In this document: in pieces, positions 22,778 through 34,493 of the stretch
Numbering within the stretch: position 1 is the stretch's first letter
Layout: the number at the start of each line of letters is the position of its first letter
The notes under the pieces: generated by a model
Database searches by the model: none
The model's input: the letters and a program-made list of their open reading frames with translations, nothing else
Told to the model about the DNA's origin: nothing
Assembly (NCBI GenBank): GCA_002269645.1
Contig: NIVC01000056.1
Span: forward strand, 806,001 to 870,000
Direction: 5' to 3'
Length of the DNA: 64,000 bases
DNA from: Macrostomum lignano
Taxonomy: Eukaryota
Translations under genes and position numbers: made by a program

Positions 22778-25331
22778 ATGTTAAATGGAGATGAAAATGT
22801 AATTTCAAAACTATTTCAATGTAGTATATGTCTTCATACACACAAGGATTTATTTAAGCTTATAAGTCATATAAAACTATACCATTCTTTTGGGAATAGC
22901 AATTTTTTATGTCCAGTTAGGGGATGTTACCATATTAGTGTTACAATTGAAGGATTACAAGCACATGCCTATCGTATGCACAAAAACAGTGTTGTTGATA
23001 ATTTTTCCCAAGACCAAGTTCTACAGCCAAATTGTGTTCATAATAACCCTACTCTAGACTTATTAGGAAACCCTTTAGAAAATGAATTGCAAGCTGTGCC
23101 TATAGATATAGCCATATTATCTACTATTTGTAACCAAGTTGAAAATGAAAAAAAGACCCTGAATTTGAAATGTCTAGTGATTTTTTATGTGAAAATACAA
23201 GAAAACATCTTGCTGAAAATTTTGTTTACTTTTATCTAAAGTCTAGACATTTCTTTTTAATTCCTAAAAGCAAATCTAATCAATTATGTGAACTTGTTAA
23301 GGAAATAGTATTGAAGTTTGCTGATGACTATTTTTTGTTATTTGAGCAATTTTTAAAAGAAGAATGTCCTTCAATAGTTAACAGCTATAATTCTTATAAA
23401 AATAAATTAAATTTGCAAGAAATGATTGACCTTTCATTAGAGCATCTATTAAGTAATAAAAAAATATTTGAAATTTTACAAAACAAGTTTAATTTTGTTG
23501 AGCCCATTGAAATCATAGATGAAGAATCAAAATTAAAAATTCTATATATTCCAATAAAAGAAACACTTAGTTCTATTATAAAAAATGAGACATTGCTTAA
23601 GTATATTATTACAAATTCTTATTTAAATGCAACCAACAAAGAAAATTTTTTTTCAAGTCTACTTATTTTGAAGAACATATTAGTCCATTGTTAACAAATA
23701 AGAATGGTATATTCATAAAACTTTATTCAGATGAAATTGAAATATGTAATCCTATTGGGTCTGCCAAAACAAAACATAAATTATGTGTAGTATACTTTAC
23801 TATTCTTAATTTCCCTGAATATCTTAGTTCATCTTCAGACTTATATTTTCTTTTAACAGTATTTAATGATTCAAATGTTAAAAAGAAAGGTTTACAGTTT
23901 TGTTTATTTCCATTAATTAGAGAGCTGAATGAGCTTTACTTTGAAGAATTTCAAATAAGTAATTTGATAAAAATGCCTGTTATTGCTGCTTTCATGACTG
24001 GGGATAATTTATCAATACATAGAATGTTAGGTATGCAAACTTGGTTTTCAAGTGGTTATATTTGTAGATTTTGTTTTATAGGTTATAAACAGCTTTGTAG
24101 CATTAGATTAGAAGAATTAAGTACATTATTCCTATTTGAATATCGAGATAATTCATCATATATTGAAGATTTTAAATCCTTAAGTAATGGTTTAATTTCA
24201 CCATCTGTGTTTAGAAGTGTAGCATATATTAACTTTCAATATTTTTTCCCCCCTGATATAATGCATGATGTGTTTGAAGGGTTTTCTCATGTTGTTATAT
24301 GTATTATTCTATTAAGTATTATTCAAAATCATAATATTAGTATAGACTATATAAACAAACAACTAAATTTGATTAAAGAAGTCAGTATTCCTACAATAAA
24401 TAAATATCACTTACAAAATTATCATCTACCATGTACTTCTAATCAAATAATTGTTATTCTACAATACTTTGGACTTTTATTTGGACATTTGTTTGAGTTG
24501 GATGATGATATTTGGATATTATTTAATTGTCACAGGCAGTTTCTTGACATAATTTTGTCCCCATATGATAGTAGCATAAACTTAGAATATTTTCAATCTC
24601 TTATTTCTGGCCAATTAGAATTAATATATAGAAACACGGGCTTCAATCCTAAATATAAATGTAAATTGCATTATATATGTCACTATCCTGAATTTTATCA
24701 TTATTATAGTGGTCTTAAATACTTATGGTGTATGCGAGGTGAAGCTCATCATCAATTGCTTAAGAATATAAACAGGCATGCAAGAAATTTCAAAAATCCT
24801 GCCTATACATGTGCAAAACAATATCAAATTCAAAAGGCACTTATCATTAAGCACTATGAACCAGGTACAATTAAGAGCCATAATATAAATCCTATTAGCT
24901 TAAATATGCTATTGACAATAGATGAACAAACTGAGTTATGCAACAACATGAATTTAGATACAGACTCAATTATTGGCACTATTTGTCTTTCTACTAATGA
25001 ACTAAAATATCAGGGGTTTGTATATCGGACTCCAACATTAAATTACCGTTATTGTTTGCCAATTTTAGAACCAACTGGAATTGCTTTAGCATTAATTAGC
25101 CATATTATTCAACTTTCCAACAAGTGGATAATTATTTGTAAAAAAGTGAATGCTAAATTTTCTTGTCATTATAGCAGTTTTATATGCACTGTGAATAATG
25201 ACCATTTAGTATTTATTGAACCTACTCAGCACTTTTTTCATCAGCCAATTCCATTTTTAATGTATCAAGGGAAACTTTTTCTTTCTTTAAAATATTATCC
25301 AATGCTACATTGCCAAAACATTGATCAATAA
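22778..25331 (+). CDS. EnSpm transposase with two N-terminal C2H2 fingers (about 851 aa after two 1-nt corrections)
   Basis: CSIC..HIKLYH and CPVRGC..HAYRMH. Then LYSDEIEICNPIG..KHK..YF.ILN.P, GDNL, CRFC, PPDIMHDVFEG, KLHYICHYP and LWCMRGEAHHQ, which match animal EnSpm transposase motifs. Confidence 0.88.
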
Positions 25332-25636
25332 TCTACAATCTTAGTGGGTATCATTTTAGATAAATTTAAGCATATAACAATATGGCATACACTTGCACTT
25401 CATAAAATAACAAATTATTACAAGGGCCACCTTGCCTCTAGCACAAGGAACTGTGCTCTCCACCTTACATAGATTTCTGGCCTATAGGTGTCTAACCTTT
25501 TTATGATAGGTCGGCTTGCCCTTCCTTGACTAGGCTAGTTCTATGTAGATGGTGCATGTTTTCGAACCATTTCTTGCCTAAAATGGGTTCATCCTCTGTC
25601 TAAGCTTGTTGAAGCTTCAGCTTTTAGTATTGAAGA

Positions 25637-26178
25637 GTGAAGATTGTTCAGAAAAAAGCAACAAAAAAACAAAAACATCATAAAAACACTAAACATTTTG
25701 TTGTCACAGTCATTACTTATGGCTGCAAGGTATGGGGTCCACTGGCCAGGCAATCAAAAATTAAGGATCTGGATAATATTCAATTGAAATTCTATAAGTC
25801 TCTCCTTAAATTCTTAATCTACCAGAGCATACATACAAGCAATAAAGTCATACTCAATGAACTCAACATTCTTCCTATTTCTGAAATCATTAAGAAAAGG
25901 TACCTCCTTTTCTGGTTAAAACTTATTTAAAGCTAACTCTACTACCACTAGTCTCTTTAACAACAATGACAATCCAATTGATCCTTGGAAGAAAGCCATC
26001 TCACAGCAACTTAAAGGCATTGATCTAATGCAAAAACTTCTACTGTTTAAATTGTATTGTCCATTATTGACAACTTTTGTTAACACTAAGTTATTCATAT
26101 CTAATTAAATACACTCTATTAACATAACGGGCACTACTTGCCCAAGCCAATTAACTACTACTACTACTACTACTACTA
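25637..26178 (+). mobile_element. 3' fragment of an L2/CR1-group-like LINE with a (TAC)n tail, inside the EnSpm
   Basis: ITYGCKVWG...LDNIQLKFYKSLL...ILNELNILPI...RYLLFWLKL is a typical LINE ORF2 C-terminus. It is followed by (TAC)n at about 26153-26178. Confidence 0.6.
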
Positions 26179-26310
26179 CATTAAGTCAAGCCAAGGACAA
26201 AAGCCGAAAAATCATAATGAACAAGAATTCCTTGGCTTTATAAATTCATTTTATCTGTGTCTTACCAGATGTATTCTGATTGAGGTTGTGCACATCATAC
26301 CTCATTTCAG

Positions 26311-28029
26311 CTTCGAATCTGCAACGGCTCAGAGGAGCGCAAGAAGCTCCTTCCAGCTTCTGGCCTGACCTTGGCGGACCTTCGCATCAAAGGTTGTTTA
26401 AAATTGGACATTGCAGATGTTGAAAATGTTCGCATTGTCACTTCTGACGGTTTCGAAATCGACGACGATGATTTAATATCGGAGGTGGCAAAGGAATGTA
26501 GAACTGTGTACTTCCTTCTTTCTGGAGAGTTGCTTCCAAGCTGCGGTGCATGCCCTGTAGAACCTTCAACTACACCAAAGCAGCAAAGCGAAATACGCAA
26601 TGTCGAGATTGCCACAACACCGAGTCGAGGCACACAGGCTCTGAGTCCAAATCCAGCTGTAGCAGCTACGGCTGCAACTACACTTCCATGGCCCGAAGTG
26701 TACTCGCTTCCACGAATGGACGATCTCGCCAACGCCCTTCGTGATCTACGAATGCACCCCGAAAAGGGTTCCGATTTAAAAATGAACGCGACGTTTGTCA
26801 ACAAGTTCCTTAAATTCATCGTCGATCACATCTGTTTGAACTATCTGTCGCCAAATGAACCATACCTGTCATCTAGCCAGATAACAGATGTGTGCACTTC
26901 CATAGTAACTTCGTATCCTGGACTGAAGGACACCTCATTAAGTGGGAGCTCAAGCTTTTGGCGCCAAAAGCTTATTCGGCGTTTCAAAGAGCTCCGGTTC
27001 GTTGGCGACTTTGTCGACAAGAGCAGCCCAACGGTTCAGGAGATGCGACGGAAGCATGGTCGACTTGGTCATCGGCGTATAATTCTACCAAATGCTGCTG
27101 CAGCTGCTGCAGGCCCAAGTGCGGTTACTGTGAGCCAAAGGCATAAACGGCAGTACAAGGAAGTTGAAGGCCAGGAAGATGATGACGACAATGAAATTAT
27201 AGCTTCACGTGCTAAAAGAGCCAACAAGCAGCGTATCAACGACGACGAAGATCTGATCGAAGAAGAAGGCGATGATGATAGTGATGCAGACGATGCTGGC
27301 AGTGCAATGGCGAAGAGCGTTGACTTCGGCGAGTTCGATACCGATGTACCACCGTCACACGAAGCTCGTCGAACGAGATTGAACGAGACTCATCATGACT
27401 CTTCAATATCAGACGTTCTCAACGAAATGCAGGCTCTGTTTCCGATTCGAATATTGCGGTGCCAAGATTTGACGGTTAGTGACGAAATTGCCTTATATGC
27501 GCCACTGGTAAACATCGCAGTACTGCAGCAGGAGGCGTATCTCATGATCCAGACATACAACAGAAGCAAAACTGACTATGTACTTCCACCAAGTCCATCG
27601 GAAATGAGAATCAGGATTATTAACGCCTTGTTGCTTGTGTACAGTAAAAGGCAGTTGCTAAAAAATTTCAAGCTGTGCAAGGATTATGTGGAATTGCCAG
27701 TTGTTTCAGAGGAGGACAAGCTGCCTGTGGCTGTCTTTCTTCTTCTCGGTCGGTTGCGAGTCGACCCGTCTATTATTCTTCGCGACGCACTGCCAGTCAG
27801 AATTCTGACAGAGGATGGAAAATGGTGCGGCGTTTTCGTCAACGGTGCGAGCATCCCATTCGACAGTGTTACTGACTCGATAATTGCATTTGTAATTGTC
27901 TTCATCGCGTTCAACCTCCAGCACCTCCCTGCCCTAGAGGCGTTTCTGGAGGTAATCGAAGTGCTGTCGGGCCTTCGCAAGAAAGCCGTCCGCAAGGCTG
28001 CAGTAGCTATTTTGGATGCACTTCGTTAG
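26311..28029 (+). CDS. EnSpm accessory ORF: CIDE-N-like N-terminus, acidic middle region, conserved C-terminus
   Basis: 572 open codons from the putative acceptor ATTTCAG|26311. The C-terminal IIAFVIVFIAFNLQH...FLEVIE resembles the accessory ORFs of animal EnSpm elements (often auto-annotated SAMD3-like). Confidence 0.75.
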   Translation, partial: LRICNGSEERKKLLPASGLTLADLRIKGCLKLDIADVENVRIVTSDGFEIDDDDLISEVAKECRTVYFLLSGELLPSCGACPVEPSTTPKQQSEIRNVEIATTPSRGTQALSPNPAVAATAATTLPWPEVYSLPRMDDLANALRDLRMHPEKGSDLKMNATFVNKFLKFIVDHICLNYLSPNEPYLSSSQITDVCTSIVTSYPGLKDTSLSGSSSFWRQKLIRRFKELRFVGDFVDKSSPTVQEMRRKHGRLGHRRIILPNAAAAAAGPSAVTVSQRHKRQYKEVEGQEDDDDNEIIASRAKRANKQRINDDEDLIEEEGDDDSDADDAGSAMAKSVDFGEFDTDVPPSHEARRTRLNETHHDSSISDVLNEMQALFPIRILRCQDLTVSDEIALYAPLVNIAVLQQEAYLMIQTYNRSKTDYVLPPSPSEMRIRIINALLLVYSKRQLLKNFKLCKDYVELPVVSEEDKLPVAVFLLLGRLRVDPSIILRDALPVRILTEDGKWCGVFVNGASIPFDSVTDSIIAFVIVFIAFNLQHLPALEAFLEVIEVLSGLRKKAVRKAAVAILDALR

Positions 28030-28659
28030 ATGATTTTATAACGCCTAGACATGACTATTGTAATCATTTTCATTTTTATAATAATTATATTCATTTTCAT
28101 GTTAGTACGATTGAATATGACTGTGAATTAATCGTAATCACAAGCCTAATCACAATCACAATATTTATTTTCATATTCACAATCATAATCATAGAGTGTT
28201 ATCTGTCATCAGAGGGTCACGGCGATGTTGGCTGCTTATTTATTGCCCTGTGTATTTAGTTTGTGCTTTTTAGTCTGTATATTCAACTTCACTCTTTGAG
28301 TGACCAAAGCAAACACTTATTCGCAATGTGTAATGTGCAACAAATAATTACTAAATATTATTATTACCACTGTTTTTGTACTACAACAATAAATATTTTA
28401 GGATCAATCTTTATATACCATAAAAAATACTTTAAATTGGTTAACATCCTTCATAAACATGCAATTGTTGATTACGAATGCTTCACTTCTTACTTTTCTT
28501 AAATTGAGCAATGACTGACAACATTGTATGCCTCACATAATGTAATTGGGAACAATTTTACAGGTAAGGAAATTCATAAAATTCATACCTATAATAGTGG
28601 GTATTTTGTGTCTTGCAGATCAAGTGAATACATTTTGGGGTGTAATCGTTTTTATATTT

Positions 28660-28870
28660 CGGACCCATAATGCGGACATCTGAAAAATATGGACTTTGCA
28701 ATAGGGACCTTTCAAAATACGGACCTTTCAAAATACGGACCTTGCAATACGGACTTTACAATACGGACCCATCAAAATACGGACCTTTCATGGTCCGTTA
28801 TTTCGACGCTCCGGACCCTCCACAATGGACCTTTCCCGGACCCTTCTTCGGACCTTTAGGAATTACAGTG
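28660..28870. repeat. Subterminal repeat array (AATACGGACC-like) at the EnSpm right end
   Basis: More than 10 CGGACC/GGACC motifs, mirrored by GGTCCG/CGGACC at 22275-22350. Confidence 0.85.
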
Positions 28871-29059
28871 TACTGCTACACTGAGATGCAGCAAGTTACC
28901 GATGTGCTTCACTGCTTCGCCTCAAGCAAGTACTCGAATGCCAGGAGCGTGTTGTACAATAAAAATCTTCGCAAGTGCCGGTTGCTGCAGTTTATTGACG
29001 CCCAAGTCGAACAGGAAATCGAGAACAGCAGCGACTGGATAAAGTTCGTTCTTCAGTAA
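28871..29059 (+). CDS. C-type lectin gene, 3' part (PAN/apple-like domain)
   Basis: YCYTEMQQVTDVLHCFASSKYSNARSVLYNKNLRKCRLLQ...* is in frame with 21693 once the element and one TA are removed. Confidence 0.8.
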   Translation, partial: YCYTEMQQVTDVLHCFASSKYSNARSVLYNKNLRKCRLLQFIDAQVEQEIENSSDWIKFVLQ

Positions 29060-30319
29060 GGAGGCAAGTTATACTCTTGAACTTGGATACGACAATAAAC
29101 TTCGATAAAACGAACTTTTTGGAACGAGTAAAAACCATATAAGCATGTTTTAAGTATACCATGCAATTTCTAATGTTTTGCATGGCATGGTTTCTCTGTT
29201 GTTTTTGCAATGGTCGTTATGATATAATCTGCTTACAATGTTCTTATGTTGCACTATATCTGCCGACCAACACTGCTTCGGAGCCGTATCTCAAAACATT
29301 TTTTTGAATATGTTACATCCTTATTCTATCTGCTGTCAGTTCTTTTCTTTCAGCTTTTCTAAAATAAGTTTCCATTGAGAATTAAATGAATAGTTTAAAA
29401 CTACCGTACTGAATATGCGTAAGTTTAAAATAAAACTGTGATTTTTTATTACCTTGGCTACGTTTCATTCCGACATACAAAAGCCGAAAAGTCTATGAAT
29501 AGATGCTCGTAAATCTCAGTATCTAGTCACAAGATCACTTCGAAATTACGCCTGTATGAAATGAAAGCTTCAGAAGTGCTTCAGAAAGTGCTTCATTCGT
29601 TCTTTTATTCCGTCAAGTACATGTACGTGTTCATTGCTTTCAGACCCAAACAAATATGTAAATTCGTATTTTAGCCAAGTACGTACGTTGAAACATGCCG
29701 TTCTTCAAGTGTCGACAACAACGCGTACCGGTTACCGACCGATGTTTTCAACGTCTATCAAGAAGTCGAAGACAAATGGCTACTTAATTTTACGTTAAAA
29801 CGATCGATGGCCGACTTATAACGAAGATGCAAATCTGCCTTGAGCTGCTTTAGATTGCAAAGTTACGAGCTACATGCATTAGGAGCTATGTTGGACTATT
29901 TTCCATGCGACAGAAATTGCAAATGCACTTTATCTCCGATTGGAAACTTGATTCAATCTGTTTAAACAATACCAACAGTATACATTTCTTAAAGAAAACA
30001 AATTAGCAGGAATCTATCTAATCAAAAGAAACGTCTTTTATAAACTAACTTAGTTACGGCTGTTTTTAAAGAAGACTAGAATTTGTTTAATCAACCGGAT
30101 AGCACTAAAAATTGACATATTTTGCTTGCATTTATATACTGAAGTAACAGCTAGAGATAAGGAGAGCTTGAATCGCGTTAATAAGGGGGGTGATCAGTAT
30201 CCACTTAATATTTCGCATTATTTCTACAATGAACCTCCAAAAAACCTCACAACACAATAGAATTATGGGTCTTGGGGAGGAAAATGCGTGGGCCGGGCCT
30301 GACTAAATTGATTGACAGG

Positions 30320-30690
30320 CGGCTGCACTGACTTCGTTAGTACCGACTGCTAGGAAACACAAAGCAATTCGTTTTTTTGTCGAGAGTCGAGACCAGCGTT
30401 CCGCATATTGCGTATATTCAAGAGGCAGCTTGCTTTTGTTTCGAAACGTTTTGAAAGGCAAAATAGAATAGTTTCTGCAAGCTATCTCTTCGTGTCCATT
30501 GTCTACGTCTAAAGAGGTTCTTTATAGAATTTTTTCGGCGACACTCGTGCGAAAGGATAGATTAGTCGAAAACAGAATTGCATTGTGTGTCATGAATGCC
30601 TTAGACTAGTAGTCCTGGACGAGAAATGGACTTGCAAGAGGCGTTTATTTAGCGACTTTAGACCCCTTCCGTGAGATTTATGCATTGCAT
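30320..30690 (+). repeat. Dispersed repeat, copy 1 (other copy at 37525-37890)
   Basis: Shared blocks such as GACTTCGTTAGTACCGACTGC, AAACAGAATTGCATTGTG and GTAGTCCTGGACGAGAAAT occur in the same order. Confidence 0.8.
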
Positions 30691-32329
30691 AAATGGCCTT
30701 ATCTATAGTGTTCTATAGATTAATGCAAAATGCTGAAAACAAGTACATGTAAATATTCTAGACACTACGACTACTTTATGCCATAGACAAGATAATAAGA
30801 GTTGCGAAATTATGGAATTGACTGCTAGGTGCTAGTTGACGAAAAACAATTGTGTTTGTTGCAGTTGACCGGATTCGGTACTGTAGAAACACTTTACACC
30901 TTACACTTAGCAATGCCTTTACACATTAGTTTACACGTTATACGCATTATACATTATACAAATGTATATATATATATATGTGTTCAGAGTCAAACTGTGA
31001 AGCTGAAACTGTTTCTTACAGGAGAGGAGCGAGCACGCTCTGCCCTGGGGCAGGCCGTCCTTGAAGACACGCTCGTTACTAGACCACGAGAGCCATTTGA
31101 CTTTAGCACTCTAGTCAGCACTCCAGTCCCGCTGCTTACCAACCCCCAAGTATAGCGCTGCACGCACAGACTGAAGGCCAGCAACCAAGAGTCGCGGCGA
31201 ACACACAAGCCCTGGTGACAGAATGCCTATACTTCGGACCCCAAAGAATTCACACCAAGGACTCGGGTCAACGACAATTGACCGCCAGACAATTTGACCG
31301 CCGTTCTATTCAAGGTGAAATACATGTAGGGCGGTGGTCATCAAATTGCCTAAAAGTATAATGTATAAAGTCTAAAATCCTATGATAAAACGTTGAAACA
31401 GATTCTGTGTTCCTTCACTTGGTTGCTTCTACGGCACTTATTGAGACTGGCAGATTCATACTGTCAAATCGATTTGCGCCTCCCAGTTTTGTAAGTCGAT
31501 AATGTTTGAACTGACTTTTTCAATGTGGGATCATCACGAGGAAGATAGTTATTTCTATTACTTGGCGGATTAATGAGATCATTTTTTCTCGAGTGGCTCA
31601 ATAGGCAAAGAAAAATTCACTGCATAGTATCGGACAGGGCACTGCACAGATCGACGTGGTTGAGAGCATCAACGACCAATCCACTTCCATTAGAATTGTA
31701 AATGCCATTTTTTTGCGAACAAGCTCAGCTAATGTCATTCAGATGTCATTCAGATCTTAACTCGCATATGTCATTCAGATATGCCAGGTGGTTTTGATGT
31801 ACTTATTTTCAATAAGTAATAATATCTTTTAATAGTCTATGCAACTGTTGCAGCTTAAGCTTGAATTATGCGCGAACAGACTGCCCTTCAGAAGAGTCAA
31901 GCGATTGTCGAATGGCGGATTTGATCTCACGAAGAAATTCAAACGAATCGCTTGGCACAGTCGGAATAAAGCGCAGCAATTGCTGTTTTTACAATTTTAC
32001 AAATTTTCTTATTCAAGTTTTTCAAATTGCAAAGAAGTTAATTTTAAATTTTAAATTTTAAATTTTCAAATTTTCAATTTTCAAAGAAGTTAATCCTATA
32101 GCGTTTTGATATGACTCAGATATAGCAATTGGCATATCAGTAATTAGTGGATCAGAGCTTGGGAATGCCAACAGTTTGAAAGTTACTCATACTTGCAGAT
32201 TATAAAACTATAGTAGGGCGTTTCATCTGAAAATAACCTGCCTGATTCTGTTGTGGGAATTTTTTGAAATTATTCATAGAATTTGCAAACTATATTAAGT
32301 TAATCCAAAACTCACTACTGGTCCCAGGT

Positions 32330-33870
32330 TCGACACTGAAATCGTCAGACTCAAGCAGCAAGCCCTGTCCTGAGGATTTCCAAACCTGCACCTGGAGGAG
32401 GACATCTCCTCCAGCCCAGTCACCACGGAGGAAGTTATGCTGTTCGCTCGAAAACACCAGGCGGCAAGGCGCTCGGCTCCGACGAAGTCCCAGTCGAGGC
32501 GCTGCGGCTTTGCTGTGTGGCCTCCCAGGTCACAGGCGTCATGAACCACCGAGTGGACCGTAGCGCACATCATGCCGATCCCGAAGAAGGCAGGGACAAC
32601 GCGGTAAGATGACCACCGCAGGATCTCGCTGATGTCCTGCACTGCAAAGCTCTTCAACCGGCTGCTGCTCAATCGCCTGCAGTCGGTGCTGGACCCGTAC
32701 CTGCAGAAAAGCAGAACGGATTATGGCCGCAACGCGGTACAGTGACACAGATCCTCGCACTCCGCCGTGTTATCGAGGAGGCGTGCATCCGATGTGTTAT
32801 CGAGGAGGCGCGCATCCGCCAGTCTACGCTGATCATTGTCTTCGTTGACAATTTCGAAAGGCGTTTGACTCGGTGCTGAGAGCCGCGCTTCCCTTCGTCC
32901 TTCGAGCCGATCCGGTCCCGAAGCAGCTAAACGACGCTGTCATGTCTTTGTATTGCGACACTCGAGCTGCTGTGGTGACGGCGACCTGTTCGTCACATCA
33001 TCAGAAGTTCTGCAGGGCGACACGCTTGCGCCGTTCCTCTACGTGCTGCTGCTGGACTGGGTGCTTCGGATCGCACTCCCGCAGACGCATCGGTCGCCGC
33101 CACATCGAAAAGCGCTTGAGCGTGCTTGGCTACACCGACGACCTCGCCCTCACGTTGAAGGCACCCAGCGCCAGATCTACAGGCTGGTCGAGGTGGCATC
33201 GCTGAAGACCGAGGTGCTGACTGTGCCAGCCGACATCCCAGCGGACCTGACGTGCCGCGTCGCTGACGGGCAGATGACCAAGCTCGCACACTGCCAGCGG
33301 TTCACCTACCTCGGTGGTCTGATGCCCCACGTGGAGGAAGACCTCTGGCGGCGCAAAGTATTTGCCTGGGCGCCTTCCGTTTGATCCGAGCCGTCCTCCA
33401 GTCCGAAGCGCTGCCCGACACAGAGGGCTCGGCTGTGGCAGGCGGTGATCGAAACCGTCCTGCTATGCAATGCTAAGACATGGACACTGACGGCTACGCT
33501 GGAGCGGCAGCTGGTCTCGGCGCACTCAGGGCTGCTCCGTGCGGCCTTTCGAGCTGACGAGAGCGTCGGGACCGAGGCCCTGTACTATCGGGCCAAGCTG
33601 CAGCGCTCGCCCATCATCCTGCGCCGGCGGCAACTTCAACTGAAGGGCCGAGATCTGGGCCGAGGGCTACTGCCCCCAACCTCTTCAGGACGTCTTGCTG
33701 CTCACTTGCAGGGCCCGTTCAGGCGGGGTCAGGCCCGAACCCGTCGATACGTGGACTCTGGGGCGCCCGGCACTGCTAACGGGGCGGACTTCGCCCGCTC
33801 TCAGGCTCTGCGGCGCGCCATCTGACGCACCCTGCTCTCTGTGACTTTTCAAGCGGGGCTGCGTACTTTG
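32330..33870 (+). mobile_element. RTE-clade LINE, decayed 3' part
   Basis: MPIPKKAG, ISLMSCTAKLFNRLLLNRLQ, QILALRRVIEE, VLQGDTLAPFL, YTDDL, VIETVLL.NAKTWTLT, and a short GTT tail. Confidence 0.85.
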
Positions 33871-34039
33871 CTGTTGTTGATGTAAAACTTAAGAACATCT
33901 GCAAGCTACATGCTTATATCTATCGCCATTTGAATCAGCAACCGTCAGCTTAAAGTTTTAAAACAGATCTATAAAACTAATGAGTCGAGCTTTGCCATTT
34001 TTATGAGTTTAAGCACTTGACATGTACGTAGAATTTAAT

Positions 34040-34200
34040 ATTAACATACAGTCCCATTTTTCAAACGAAAAGCTCTATGAAAATCAATAGAGCTACATAA
34101 GAAAGGCAAGACATATCAAAAGATGAATTTTGGTCTTCCTTCTATCAAAGGAAATAACAGTTTTTGTGCTGAAAAGATGAAAAAATTCCTTTTTCGTAAT
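34040..34200 (+). repeat. Dispersed repeat (other copy at about 38150-38310)
   Basis: Collinear blocks AAAAGCT.TATGAA.ATCAATAG, ACATATCAAAAGATG, TTCTATCAAA and TTTTTGTG.TGAAAA. Confidence 0.7.
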
Positions 34201-34493
34201 GTATTTTTTTCGGTAAAACCTACGTAGTTTCCTTCTCTTCTACTTAAGTAGTCCTTGGTCCATTCCAAGGAACCAATAACAGTGTTCAGTGCAGATATTT
34301 TAATTAAATTCAGATGCATCAAAGTTCAGACTGTTAAAACTTTTTATTAGAAGTTACTTAAGAAAGAGAAGAATTAATAACCGTAAAATTTCGGGATAAA
34401 GGTAAACATTGAGTTTAAGTTCTCAGGTCCCTACATAGTGTCCACGATCCGTCTTGTGTTGTAGCTGCAGTCAATTGAGTGCAGCGTAGTGAG

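Larger units (their letters stand above)
22262..28870 (+). mobile_element. CACTA/EnSpm (CMC superfamily) DNA transposon, 6609 bp
   Basis: Termini CACTGTAAATCTTATGGGTCCGGATAAGG and (reverse complement) CACTGTAATTCCTAAAGGTCCGAAGAAGG, 23/29 identical. TA duplicated at 22260-22261 and 28871-28872. Subterminal CGGACC repeats at both ends. Confidence 0.92.

Noticed and set aside
28670-28870. ATG-initiated ORF running from the element's subterminal repeats into the lectin tail
   Set aside because: The N-terminal part is a translation of the repeat array, so the open frame is probably coincidental.
22220-28875. Rescue of the lectin ORF by splicing out the EnSpm element
   Set aside because: The donors near the left junction (phase 0 or 2) do not match the nearby acceptors (TTTAG| needs phase 1; TTACAG| shifts the frame).
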